Shown: positions 12,409 to 25,408, counted from the first letter of the whole stretch. The stretch: 63,980 nt of DNA, filler included, from Hausera hauseri (GCA_046269625.1; 13 parts of 13 records of this genome joined end to end with filler, not necessarily neighbours in it); one strand, 5' to 3'. Program-made: numbers and translations. The notes: a model not told the origin generated them from the sequence alone.

Positions 12409-12836
12409 TAATATTTCCTTTTTGGACCTCTGAAACTGTTCAAGTGATCCTTGTGAATGTTGTAGAATTGTTCATAATTGATTTCATCAACTATAGAACA
12501 ACCGGAAAAAACGTAGGCCAATTTCCCGTGTACCGTTATGGCACCTTAGTACTGCTCCATTACACTATGGCAACCATCAACGTCATGCACTCTACTACTA
12601 CAGTATCGCGGATATGTGGGGCAATGCACAACCATCATCTTCTTGGATCTCGTGAACAGACCGAGATGATGCTAATGCATCTCATAAAAGTCGGTGTACG
12701 TGCACGTGTTTTGAATAAAACACACGGGACACAGGTATGTGTCCTTGACCACTGAATAATATTTGGCTATTTCCTTGTGGCGTTGTCCACCCTCATGTAT
12801 ACGGGAGACACAATGCATGGGATATTACGAACATTT
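12408..12836 (-). pseudogene. Small Cys/His-rich protein with an internal tandem duplication, directly upstream of PolB
   Basis: Homologous to 51117-51550. Its TAA stop overlaps the PolB ATG (TAATG at 12410-12406). Confidence 0.6.
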
Positions 12837-13739
12837 CTGAATGATAAAATAATTAAAGTAAATGTTAAACTAAAAACAAATAAAAATGTATTAATTATAA
12901 AGAAATAAATTTAATTACAATACACCGTATTTTATACCCTTTACTGCAGTCTTAGACGTCACCTAAATCGGCCATAAACGTGCATCAACATTACTATTGC
13001 TACTCTAAATCAGATGGAAGAGTATACAAAAAGTGAAATTCAGAGATTGGTTCATGACATTTTTGTATTTGATGTACAATTTTTATGTGAGCTCACAGAA
13101 ACGAGAATAATGAGCAGGCGAGAGTATATTGANNNNNNNNNNNNNNNNNNNNNNNNNNNNNNNNNNNNNNNNNNNNTTAATTAATTAANNNNNNNNNNNN
13201 NNNNNNNNNNNNNNNNNNNNNNNNNNNNNNNNTTGACGGATTTACAGTCGTCCGAAAATAAGTTCGTGTGTTTAAATAATGTAAATGTGTTTTAAACAAT
13301 TTGGTAATTTTAAGTTGAATAAAGCATTGGATTTTTCTGCCATTTGGGACTTTTTTGCAATTTGTATATCGTTTTGTTTAATAATTACCAAATTTGGAAT
13401 TTTATCAATCATTTCATTTGGTGGAATTTTCAGATTATTCTTTTATTGGAATCTTACTATCGCTATAACAGGTATTTATCGGCCAGTCCTAACTACAGTG
13501 ATGCCCATGTTGATTTTGATCTTTGAATGATGCCAGCCTTTTCGAGTTCATTGAACTCTGATTCAACGACTTTTAGTCTACGAGGTGAAAATAGTCTGAC
13601 CTTTTGTCTGATAGGTCTTTGGTGTTCGGTGACTGTGGTGATAAGTTGTATAAGGCGGCTTGAAATTGATATCCTTTTTGAGTGTGCGAAAGCAAGAAGT
13701 TGTGATATAGGATATGAGAATGGAATTCATCGATGAGAA

Positions 13740-15450
13740 TTATTAAGGCACATTATCAGAAGCGACAGTGTATAGTATTGGCGAGGAACAAACGTAACTG
13801 CCACCATCAACACTGCGTTTACTCGGTTGTTTTAAAACCGACTTAGATACGTTTGATGTAATGGAAGAAATGGATGAAGTACTAAATGTACCGTTATTAG
13901 TCGACAAACAAGTTTTCAAATTTACACATGAATTAACAGCCGAAAACAACGGCGTTTCTACTGGGCTATTTGGTAGACATTTGTTGGCATCTACGATGGA
14001 ATTTCTGCTCAGCAGACAGCGATACTTGCAGTCAACTAGCAGATCATGTTAGGCCAGAAAATCTGAGCCGATTATGGGGAATTTAATATTTGTCACGTGG
14101 AACTTCTAGACAAACTTATCTGGCTAGTTGGCAAATGTGAAAATCAGTTCCATGGTACCTGCGATGTGCGACGGTTGACCACTGGCAGTGAAAATCTGTG
14201 GAGAAGAAACTGTGGTAGATGTAGGAGTGAAGGATAAGGGAAGGAGCGAAAAGGCAGCTCCTGAATCAGTAAGAAAGTCGATATGTGAAACATTGTTGGG
14301 GAGCAATGCAGCTTTTAACAGCAAAACTGCTGAGGCGGTGTTAAGAGGGCCAGAAGATTCAGCGGTATTGCTTATACCAGAATGTGACGTGGCATCTGGC
14401 GGCGTTGTTAGTTTTTTGAGGTTTGTTGGGAAAAAAAGGAATGAAAACAGCGAGGAGAGGAAGAAGAGGGAGAAAAACTAGAATTCTTTTTATAATATTT
14501 GCATCCTGGCACACACGACCTAGCCGTGGACTGATACTTTGTGTGATAAGTGCAGATTGGGCTGTCTACTGCATAAGGTTCGTCGTAAAATTTACAGCCA
14601 AAAAGACATTTCCTTGCGTTTCTGTGGAATTTGTTGTGATAAACAAATTATTCGCCCATTTCGAGATTTGGATCGAAGAGAATGACTGGAAATACTACGA
14701 TCACGCGAAACACGGTTTTCACATCGTCGAGCCACAGATAACTTACTAAATTAGGCTCTAATTGCAGAAATTGCTTGTTGAAGTGTGTCGAATTGTTTCT
14801 GCATCATTTGCAATTGTTGTGAAAATAAAATGTTATCTGCGTGTGATGGTGAGTGAGCGGTTGCTGCAGCTACTGCTTGTGAGTTGTTAAATTGAAAGAT
14901 GTCGAAATTTTTATCTGCCAATAAGGCGAGCTTTTCAAGTGCCATTGAATCGTCTACGACAGTCAGCAATGTTCTGATGGAAGTGCGTAAGGAAGAAAGA
15001 AAATACCAACAGAGAAGATCAGCATTGTTTGTAGGAGTGAAGCCTAAGGAACTCAGTTGAGAAATTGCGGTTTTAAGGAAATCAGACGGCTTTTGAGTTC
15101 CGATAGCATGTTCATTAAAGTATTTTTGTATTATATTGTCAATGGAAGGGTCGGTAATATGTAGGAATGATTCATAGCGCATGTCATGTGGATTTGAAGA
15201 GGTGAGTATATCGGCAAGATTATTGATTTGCTGCTTGATATTTGTTGGAAGAAAAAGCAGCAAGCTGTTTGCACGCAAGAAAGAATCGGTGATACGATTG
15301 GTTTTAAGCCATTGCAAATGAAATTGTAGCCAGGTGCGACTTGAATTAGTTTTGTCAAGGAAAAAATCTGTGCAAGGCAAATGGTATAGGGTCAGCAGGA
15401 TGACGACCAGATCTGGTCTTGGTGGAGTTTTCGGCATAAGAAAAATCGGA
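13740..15450 (-). mobile_element. Ty3/Gypsy CsRn1-like gag-protease remnant
   Basis: Gag IGTQKPSDFL..FLSSL..IRTLL..LEKLALLADK; CHCC knuckle CxYHNKFHRNARKCLFGC (frameshifted); protease FLTDSGAAFSLLP...PIIGSDFL..HDLLVD. Confidence 0.85.
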
Positions 15451-16559
15451 GTCCGATCCACCCCGTAGGCGAAAGTGGAGAGTGAGGTGGATGATTGGGG
15501 AGGAAAAGGAAGAAAGCTGGTCATGGACGTTAAGTATAGAACATGATACGAGAGATAAAAGTCGGAGGAGTGGAGTGGAAGGATAGATGTGTGCAGGCGA
15601 TGTAAAGTATCTCTGTGTTGCACTGAAGGTATAGAAGTGTATATTATTGAAAAAGACAAACAGGGATAAGGGATGTGGTACAGAGGGGCCGAGCACGCTT
15701 GGTCCCTCAGTCCGACAATTCATTGGTAGCACAAATAAAAAAAATAATTGTAGTCCAATTAAAATTACTTTGAATTTGACTTTGTGCGTTTTCTTGGTTT
15801 CTTTCTTTGGCAAGAATTTCTCCGCCTTTTCCATGTATGAGGCATCGCCACAACTTTGAGATAGAATGCTGTTCAGAGCTTTATTTTTGACAATTTTGTC
15901 ACAGAGAGCTTTAGAACGAATATCAGTATTTCTAAGAGCAGTCGTAGTGTTGATATTAACTGCAGGCCTGTGATCCTTCAATATTTGTATGAGTGGATGT
16001 TTCTCTGCATTGTTTAACTACAAAGTGAAAATATAACAACTGAATTGAACAAATTAAAATATCTTGGATCAGTGTTGTTATTGAGTTTGATGGCTGGGCA
16101 ATTGTAAATAAACTGAATAAAAAGCTGATCACTCAGAGCTCTGGTGTAATTAAGATTCAGAAAATTGCTTGAAATTAAACTTTCGACAGACGCAAAAGGT
16201 TCCTTTATAAAACGACAAATAGCAATATGAAGACATCGGAATTCCCTAAAGAGAGTAACATGACCATAGTACATGGTCATCATCAGAATTTTCCGAAAAT
16301 CCATCGATAACAGTCAACGTTTGATGCTCGGATGTTGTGTCGTGTTTGATGATAAAATATTCGTTGCCCAACGATATGTTGGTACCGCATGGTGTTTCAA
16401 TCGGATTGTGCCACCAATGAGGATTTATAAAAGGATTCAGAAAAAGGATATTCTTTATCCAAAGTCATTCATGAATTTCCGGCAGCGCACGTGACAATTT
16501 GAATACTCCGAATCAAATAATCAACGATAAAAATACTGGCCTGATATTCCTTTTTAGCA

Positions 16560-16975
16560 TTTTTGCGAAACAATGGTTTCAGTGACGGATGTGATTTTGC
16601 TGCCAAGGCTCCTGGGGCTTTATCAACGAACATCGAATTGAATACATCTTCTAATTCACTATTCATCACAAGACCTTTTATGGCGTTCTGTAAGTTGATA
16701 AGCGTCATTCTAACAAAAGAAATAAAACGAGTAAATCTAATTAAATCGTGTCGCAGAACCTTCATTGGGTCCACTCCAGGAGAAAGAACAAATGTCAGAG
16801 GCGAACAGCGATTGGAATCATTAAAAGAACTCTTAAGATCAAATATAGGATAATCAATATATGTTTGGCCAGGATTTTCAACAACAAAGGTTTGAACAGC
16901 TGGTATAATTGTATCTGGCCTAATACACCTAAGAATAGCCAATCAATCGAAACCTTTAAGAGATACCAAATGGCC
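16560..16975 (-). pseudogene. Axonemal dynein heavy chain fragment (DNAH3/7/12-like), internally deleted
   Basis: ILRCIRPD..PAVQTFV...FDLKSSFNDSNRCSPLTFVLSPGVDPM is joined to VLRHDLIRF..LINLQNAIKGLVMNSELEDVFNSM..KSHPSLKPL. In-frame stop upstream, TTTTCAG acceptor near 16976. Confidence 0.85.
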
Positions 16976-17612
16976 TGAAAATTGAAATTCAATTGGAGTT
17001 TGGTGGTTAATTTTAAAGCACGATCCGGACTGAAAAAAATTAGTTGATAAGGAATATAAAAACAGTTCATTTCCAAAGGTGATGAATAAAAATTTAAAGA
17101 ATTTATTAGAAAGGGTTTTAACGATAGCTAATATTCTTTCCAAAGATAATATTAAGGCTGTAGGTGAATTAGCGGAAATATTAATTTATGGACAAACAGT
17201 CCATGCCTGATTTCATGTGTACACGGAACGCAGTTATTTTGAAGATGCATCATTACACTACATGTAATTTTTGTATTATTTTCATTCCCATTTTTATTGA
17301 TGATCGGATAAATATCGGATATTGCTGTGTGTCGAGTAACTCATGGCAACATATCGGTACGATTTGTAATCGATTGGTGTTGCCGATATTTCGGAAACAT
17401 TTAAAATTTGCTTTCGAATCATTCGGATTTGGTGATTCAAAACATGTAATATGGACGATAACCGCACTTTTTCCATAAATCTACCATATCTAGATCTAGG
17501 ATGTCTTCTTTCATTTTCTTAGGAATGAATTGTTCACAAGATGTTGGTGTCCAATTTTTGATCGGCATTTGTTCCATCTTGGAAGAGTGTGGTGTCCTTT
17601 AATGCCGTGTCT

Positions 17613-18344
17613 TCATTTAGCATCGGTTCGTAATTTTCCGTTCCGTAATCCGGTAACAAATTCAACTCTTGCGCCATCAATGTAAACTGACTGGGAACAT
17701 TGATAACTGTTATGAAAGTAGCACATATATTTATCTGTTTTGAATATACTGTATAATTTATGGTAAAGTCTGTAACTTCCTTTATCATTAGAAATTTGAT
17801 TTGTCTTCTCTTCGATAATTATCGAAATGTCGTCCTTTTCCGTCGTAACTATAGCAAGTTTATCGTCAGCCATAATTTCGTTATTCAAGTCGTATGAATT
17901 AGGGGTTTCGGAAAAATTCAGGAGTTTTCTAGTTGTTTTTTTTTGCTTTATAGAAATATCACAAATACCATTTATCCCAATAGATTTGATAACACATTCC
18001 GTATCATCCAGTTTGATTTTATGATTAATAGGCTTTTCCTTAACTTCATTAACTGAACAATCGGTTTCATATAGTAGATTGGAGTTAATATACAATTTCA
18101 ATAAATCCACATTTTCAACATCGACACTCTTTGTTTTAGCAAATATCTTAAAAGATTCCGCCTCTAAATTTTCTTTGTACATGAGAATCTTGATATCTCT
18201 ATCGAAGAAAATACAGCCATATGCATGACTGCCAAAAGGTTGCATGCGTAAATTATTATTATTCCTCTGGTTTAGTTTTTCTTTAAATTTTTGATTTCTG
18301 TCAAACTGAGAATCAAACAGAAAACATAAAAAAATATCTGGCAT
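17613..18344 (-). CDS. Hypothetical ORF, possible host exon
   Basis: 243 open codons in AT-rich DNA, no recognisable motif. Confidence 0.3.
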   Translation of the reverse strand: MPDIFLCFLFDSQFDRNQKFKEKLNQRNNNNLRMQPFGSHAYGCIFFDRDIKILMYKENLEAESFKIFAKTKSVDVENVDLLKLYINSNLLYETDCSVNEVKEKPINHKIKLDDTECVIKSIGINGICDISIKQKKTTRKLLNFSETPNSYDLNNEIMADDKLAIVTTEKDDISIIIEEKTNQISNDKGSYRLYHKLYSIFKTDKYMCYFHNSYQCSQSVYIDGARVEFVTGLRNGKLRTDAK

Positions 18345-18779
18345 AGTTGATAAAGAGATGAGTCGACATAATTGGTTACTAATCCTGAATCATATTCAAC
18401 TACGGTTTTGAGAAATTTCTTGAGAGTACGTTTTCTGACACAAATTTAATATTGCAGTAGCGAAGCAAAACCGAAGAAAAATAGAATCCACGTACACGTA
18501 AACACTTAACACAGTCTAACGTTTATGTTTTAAATTTTCAAGTCAATCAATTCAATTATTTTTTACAACTTACAATTAAAAATATGTATATAGTCATAGA
18601 GGTGTTAAGACTAAGAAAATAAATAAAATGGTTACGGTGTAACGAGTAAAGTGTTCCTAGTCATTTAGTAAATAAGATAAATTCATCATAAATGTGGTGC
18701 CCACCGTGAGCCATGCCTATTCTGTCAGAAAATATAAATCCACAGGTTTTCTGCACTCCATTAAATATTGACATCGATA

Positions 18780-18935
18780 TTTTTTTCAGTGCAGGATTAC
18801 ACGAATACCTCTTAGCCAACGAATATTGAAGATCAACAACCGTTTCTGGGTCATCTTTGTGTTCATTTATCTGTACAGTCGCCATAAGCACAGTTCGTAT
18901 TGGTTGAGTCAAATCGGACACTTCCTCATAGAATG
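18780..18935 (-). pseudogene. DOCK9/10/11 (zizimin, DOCK-D) GEF fragment
   Basis: [48 protein letters not shown] vs DOCK9 [47 protein letters not shown]. Could be an exon cut by the contig end. Confidence 0.8.
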
Positions 18936-19364
18936 NNNNNNNNNNNNNNNNNNNNNNNNNNNNNNNNNNNNNNNNNNNNTTAATTAATTAANNNNNNNNN
19001 NNNNNNNNNNNNNNNNNNNNNNNNNNNNNNNNNNNAAAATTAAATATTTAAAGATTAAAAATTTAAAAATTTAAAAAAATTGAATATTTTATATTGATTA
19101 TCGATCTTTGGATGGGGCGGGGGTTGGTCTCATCTGCTGCTTTTTACCTACTAATTTAGCTGACAAATGTACAAACGTGTCATAGGTTACATATATTTAT
19201 GATACAATATACAATCATGCAATATATTGTATCCTGTCACAAAGGCAGCATACAAGCAATCGGTTGAAGGTGTAAAAAATTTATGTGCTATGCAAACAGT
19301 TCAAAGAATATTCGGTTTAAATTTCTTTGCTGTAGGCTTGTGCTTATGCTAAGCATTGGACAGG

Positions 19365-20830
19365 TAACGCTGAAGCAGTCTGTCTCCATAATTGCACTCC
19401 ATCAACTGTTATAGCGTGAATCCTTCGTCGAGCGTTAATCCTGTTCGTCACTAAGAACACCTACGTTTTTCGGGGAGGAAATCCAAATGCGATTGGAGGA
19501 GATGAATTTTCAGCAACATGTTGCAGCCCTGGCATCTGTACGTGTCAATGCAATGCTCTACAACTTGGACATAATTAGCAGATTTCTTATTTGCAAGGAA
19601 ATTGGCTATGACCAGCTTGAACGCCACCCATGCATCCTTTTCAGTACCACTCAACATGTCTTGAAAACGTCTTTCATTGATGAGGTTATTTATGGACATG
19701 AACACGCCTTCCTTCACATTCGCATCACTAACTTTCGGAAACTTGTTGCGTAAGTACTGAAATGCATCGGTTTTGCTATCTATTGACTTCACGAAATTTT
19801 GCATCAGTCCCAACTTGATATGAAGCGGTGGCATGAGAACTTTGTCACGCTGAACCAACGGCACATGAAGGAGGTTTTTACTTCCTGGCTGCATTCTGTC
19901 CCTGACTGGCCAATTTCTTTTTGAGTAGTGGTGTTCTTTAACTCTGCGTTCCACTTGCATATGAAGCAGCAGTACTTGGTATATACTTGGTATATTACCG
20001 CAGATACTTAATTTGTACTCACGATAACGTATTTTTTCCATAAGTACTGACATTTTTTCATATATCTGCTTCATGTACGTAGAATATCCGACTGATAATG
20101 ACGCTTCTATTTCAATTGTGCAGCAATACCGCTTTTAAGCTAGACTTCGACGAATCGATGAACAGTCGCCATTTTTCAACTTGGTGCTCGACTCCAAGGC
20201 ATGACAGAAGTTCATTGACATTCCTGCAGTAGCAAAAACTATCATTCATGTCAAAGTATTGAACAAGGTCATTATGTCTGTGCCGATAAATTGCTGTAAT
20301 TGTACCTAGAGCAAGCAAATGAAATTCGTTTAGACGTGAACCTAGCAGTTCAGCTTGACCTTTCGTAAGTGCCATGTTTCTCACAAGGTCTCAAAGTTCA
20401 TAATTAATCAAATGAATTTCGTTCTCTGCTTGGTAGTCAGAATCTGAGTCATTAGCAGGCAACGAGATGTCACTTTCTTCTTTCTTTTCTTCATGAACTG
20501 TGTATTCTGTTGGTGGTTTCAGTAGTGGGCGGGATACAGGATCGTGTGGAATTGGTTCTGACACTGATGGAAACTTCACATGAGAACTACTTTTGAAGGA
20601 GAATTCAGTAATATAAGTCATGCATAAATAACAATCCATAATGTGATTAGTCGGTTCACGCCATATCATATGAACTCCGAATGGTATGTGACTGTTCTTC
20701 TTTGCCTTCCTGATCCAAACTCGCAAGTTGCATGAACACGTTAAGCAGGTAAACCGTAGTGCCCACGACATACCGACGTCCACCTTGGAATCAAAGTATA
20801 ATTCGTATGATTGCGCATACAATTTTTATT
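19365..20830 (-). mobile_element. Decayed DNA transposase, probably Chapaev3-like (CMC superfamily)
   Basis: WREPTNHIMDCYLC, WRLFIDSSKSSLKAVLLHN, PPLHIKLGLMQNFVK, KIHLLQSHLDFLPE..VLSDEQ. The transposase call is firm; the superfamily name is from memory. Confidence 0.75.
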
Positions 20831-21617
20831 TGAAATCTGACATGATGGAAGAAAGTGACTTTCAGACTTTAAATCAGCGTCAAAAACGGGTTTAGAAAAG
20901 TGTAAATCATGTAAGATATCTACAATTTGCTTTTCATATTATTAATCAGCATAAAATTTTGTAATTGTAGAACCTGTAGAACTTTTAAAACTCCATAAGC
21001 GGTAAGGTGCGTTTCCTTGTGAGTAATCTTCGATGTAATCATCATCATTTCTTCAAGCACAAATAATACAAAATATTACGTTTGCTGGAATGGAGTGAAT
21101 TAGTTATTAAAGACCACAGAGTCAAAAGCTGTTCATGATACCAAATGTAACAAAACCAAAGTGATGAATTAAATTTCTTAATTCAAACAGATTCTATAAC
21201 TTGTATTCTATGTTGTCTCATTAACGGTATCAAATCTCAGAAAAGGACTCTACATATATTATTTAGTTAAAGTTAGGTATATAATAATGGTAACAATAAA
21301 AAACTCAGCGTTACTTCAATGTCTGATGCAGCTACTGTTGCCAGTATCTCTGCCCTTAAGTTGGTGTAATTACTAAGCCCTAAGCCGGCAACATAATGTA
21401 CGTAACTCCGGGCCGTATATATATAAATGGGTGAATTCTCCTTCCTTCCTTTATATAGTTAAGATTTTATCAATAACGTTAATAAAAAAACGTTGATAAA
21501 ATATGACAACGTAAACGAAAGAACAAAAAGGTTTACCTCTAGCCATCTTCTATTAACAACAAAAAAACAGTTTTTAAATAACAGAATAGTCTACTATATA
21601 TAGTGGTTTCAATCAAG

Positions 21618-21731
21618 AAATTTCTGTCCGATTTAATCAAATAAAATTTCTGTCCAAATTAATTAAATAAAATTTCTGTCCAAATTAATGAAATAAAATG
21701 TAATTAAATTCTGGCCGAATTAAATCAAATA
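21618..21731. repeat. 26-bp tandem repeat, 3 copies plus 1 degenerate copy
   Basis: AAATTTCTGTCC(G/A)A(T/A)TTAAT(C/T/G)AAATA units start at 21618, 21644, 21670 and about 21706. Confidence 0.9.
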
Positions 21732-21886
21732 GAAAATAATTCGGTTGCAGTAATTCGAACATACGCCGGGACAAAGTTAGCGCTTGTCCACTTGCGAAGA
21801 AATCAAAAAGCATCCAAATCAATGTCAAAAGAAGGGGAAGGTGGAGTTGGTAAACAAGGCGGTGCGTTGTCCAAACAGAAAGCCTT

Positions 21887-22415
21887 TCAATTGCATTTTG
21901 GAATATGGACTGAGGGCGTATTGCCTGGAATCCACAGATGGTCGAGGTGATTAAACTTGTGTACATTTTGGTAAATAGCAATTACATCCTGAGCCATGTT
22001 TAATGCAGAAAGCGTGCCGGGTGGTCGAAGTTTATTTATTCGGCAGACGTCTGAATAGGTGACCTGACCAAACGGGCCCCGCTGTAGGTCAGTAACTCCC
22101 AATAGATTTGCTATGGGAATGGAGAAGAGTGACATAAATAATTGAACATTGAACGACACTAAGACTCGACCGTATGATGCACGCAAAATGTGTCGATACA
22201 AAATTTCAAAATCCGGAGCGGAATCAAGGTCACGAAGGACGATACAATGACGGTGTGACTCGGAATTAGTCATACGAACAAGGGGATTAATAAGAGTGTT
22301 ATATCGGAGGATAGGCAAATCATGATGGAATTCAAATAAGGTGACGGCTATACACAAGGATACCGATCCAGACAACGCAGTTGAATATCCAACGATTAGA
22401 ATATCATCACTGACA
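21887..22415 (-). pseudogene. DEDDh (DnaQ/REXO-like) exonuclease-fold protein with degenerate catalytic residues
   Basis: ILIVGYSTA (ExoI position), YNTLINP..RHCIVLRDLDSAPDF..GRVLVSFNVQLF (cf. FxTLINP..HGIT..LxxAPxF..GxVLVAHNxxFD), LSALNMAQDVIAIY (cf. HxALxDA...LY). Confidence 0.6.
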
Positions 22416-23336
22416 GGTAGTCAATTAATTCGCATGTAGGAACGGTTAAGATAATCGGAGGGGGAAGAGGTAATTGATCAAAATCTGGTAAGCTCCGCTG
22501 TCCATCACGATGGGATTCCCAATAACAAAGCCAAGGACGCTCATCATGATATTCCAATTCAAGGTATACAATAGTCGGCACAGAAGTGATAGCAATTTGA
22601 GGATCATGGTCCTTCCAGATTTCTGACGAAACTAAGTGACTTTTGTCGAGGGATCACAATACTATTCGTAGGATTATGTATACCATTGTTGTAGAAGGTT
22701 AAAGATCCTTCGGCGACTGATAGCATAAAGGTGCTGGGATAATGAGGGAAATCCGGTTTGTGGCTCATATTAGCAACGAAGGTTCGTAACAATATGTTTG
22801 TAAGATGAGTGAAACGATGGATTATGATTAGACAATTTTGAATACTGTTACCCTTGTATTTGTTGGGGAGGGTATAAATAGAAGGATGGATTAAGGAGGA
22901 GCGTAAGCGACATTCAGCAGCGATTGCTTTATAAACCGAGCGAGATCGTTGAATTTCAGTAATTAGTCCAGATGGTATGTTTGTTCTTCGATTGAAAATA
23001 TACACCGAAGATAAATCCGTCAATTGATAACACTGATAGAACAATCAATAAAACGAATCCCGAAGTTATAAGTAACAGCATCGCCGAATGTTTCATAACG
23101 TTTGGGATAACACAGTGCTGTATACAGTTCATGATGTCATTGGCACTGATTGGAAGGAAAAAATTGAAAAATTGACTGGGAGGTATCCGTTTCATCAGAA
23201 AAGGTTTAATTTATCACTAAAAAGAAGAAAAAATTTAGAAAATCGCCACTGCAATACGCCTATCTGCCGTAGCTAAGAAAGGAATTAGAAAATATGCTAC
23301 AGCAATATGCCTAGGTGCCACAGCTATCTGTCGTTT

Positions 23337-23911
23337 TCATAATATATCTTCATATATAAGGGGATTTTTAAAACGATTTTGGCGATTACATATATATAGC
23401 ATATTATTAATTATATCGTAATCGGTCGAGTTGTCATACAGATTACCAGAATCAACTTCCAAAAGTAGTGATCTGCATTTGCAACAGAAGAGAAAAAGTA
23501 CAAATATTCCCACAAAAAGAGTAGGTCCAATAATTACACAAAACAGAAAAAGCCAGTTGGGGTGAATAGATGTAGCCAGCGGAGTCAAAAGCATCAAGGG
23601 AGGACTTGTATAGGATATTTTTGAACGGGTCTTAGCACATTAAGTATCCTAGGAGTAGTCTTTGTCCGTGAGGTAGTTAAATGAATTGTATAATCCCATT
23701 TGCGATTCAATGTAGTCGAACAAATAGTGCAGACCACGGGTCCCAAATAAGGACGTGGACAGACCTGTGTTCCAAAAATAGTATATAAAATGCACAAGGG
23801 TAGTAAATTGTGAACATACCTCAGAATGTGCGGTAAAGTGGTATTGGTGTGAAAAGCAATATGTGTTTCTAAAATTGTAACCTGAACGTCATTCCATGGG
23901 TCCATAACTGT
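23337..23911 (-). pseudogene. Possible FN3-like ectodomain plus TM protein (frameshifted)
   Basis: TTLNRKWDYTIHLTT (L-x5-Y-x-I-x-L-x-T) followed by TM WLFLFCVIIGPTLFVGIFVLFLF and CCKC. Confidence 0.35.
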
Positions 23912-24011
23912 NNNNNNNNNNNNNNNNNNNNNNNNNNNNNNNNNNNNNNNNNNNNTTAATTAATTAANNNNNNNNNNNNNNNNNNNNNNNNNNNNNNNNN
24001 NNNNNNNNNNN

Positions 24012-24483
24012 AGGGCCCAAGTTGAGAATTGATAGCATAAGTTTAAGGTCGTAAGACCAAATAAATTTTACACCTTCTAAACTTATCAATTCTGACAACT
24101 GTATTTATAACACTTTTGATTCTGACCTTGATGTTTTTACCCAATAGAATTTTAGACTAGAAATATTAACTAAAACAAAAAATTTGAAGTAATTAATTTT
24201 CATTCTTATTCACATTACCCATTTGTATTAATCTTTAAATTTAAAACCATAAACAACCTAAGAATACCATCAGTTCTGAAATAATAAACAGACCAAATTA
24301 GAACAAATTCTGTAAACAAAATTGCGATTTATTTGTAAAGTTTATTTATAAAATTATTTGTGCAGATGAAATATACATTTCTATTTGGAATGTCTTCCTA
24401 GGTAAGAGTTTCTTTCTTTATTGTAATTTTAACTTTCCTAATATTTATTGCAATCTAACTTTACTAACATTGCCCCACGCTTA
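24012..24483 (-). mobile_element. Putative PPT plus start of a 3' LTR
   Basis: The minus strand reads AAGCGTGGGGCAA then TGTTAG (TG at 24469) after the last ORF piece, followed by non-coding AT-rich sequence to the contig end. No second LTR is available to confirm. Confidence 0.35.
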
Positions 24484-25408
24484 AAGATTTGTACTTTTAT
24501 TTATAGGTGAAAAACGCTATAAAATATAATTACAGTACATATACCATGCAACAACAAAAAAAACTGAAATTACAGAGATATAAGAGTAAAGGAAAGAAAA
24601 TTAGATCACATAGTTCAATTAATCAGATTGTTATCACGTCAATGTCCTCCCTATCAGTCTTTTTGTTTTCCTTCGTGATTTCTTCTGGTTTGTTCGTCGT
24701 GTTGTTTTCTCCTGTCATTTCTTTGGGTATTAGGTTGTTTCGTATTTTAGCCAAAATGTCAGATGGTTTCCTCTCCTGATCAAGTCTAATCTTCTTCCGA
24801 AGCTTCACTGTTTCTACTGTATTTCCAAAGTGATAGTCATATTCATCATCCTTAAACAGTCGGTAAATTGAGTATTCTTGTTCGTCGTCATTCATTTCCT
24901 TTATCGGAATCCAACTGTTTTTTTTTCTTGCCTAACTACTAGTAATCCTGATAAAGTATGAGCGCTACTCTTTGTAACAACATTGGTAATCGCTTGTGCA
25001 GGGATAACTACTTGACATTTAAGTTCCTTAATGTTCGAAGCTCTTTCCGGGTTCATCTCAATTTTGAGATCTAAAATATCTGTAAAATTTCTGTAAGGAA
25101 TAAGTAATTTTCTTTCCCCAGTTGTTTTAGTATACTGTATTGCTATCAATCTATTACCAATTGACTCCCAGTCCGTTATCTGCTTATCGAATTCCTAATT
25201 GTAACGAAGCACTTTTCTCTTCCATAATCTCATCCAAGACTATAGGAATTATTAAGCCATTTCCCATAACTGCTAACAGTAATCCATTAATTCGAACTTT
25301 ATCTTTATTGGAATTTATAAGAGTACGGAGTAAGTCTTTCATCAATTCGTTACCCTTTATAGGTTCTGTTTGGACAGCTACGTTGGTAAAGTTTATTGTA
25401 TTCCAGTT

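Noticed and set aside
15450-15717. 5' LTR and tRNA-Trp PBS for the CsRn1-like element
   Set aside because: TGTCGG at 15717 may be a boundary, but no PBS or CA end was found.
21618-21731. CRISPR array
   Set aside because: Head-to-tail 26-bp units without unique spacers, no cas genes, eukaryotic context.
23690-23735. C2H2 zinc finger (CTIC-x12-H)
   Set aside because: The second His is missing, and an FN3-like strand fits equally well. Left unresolved.
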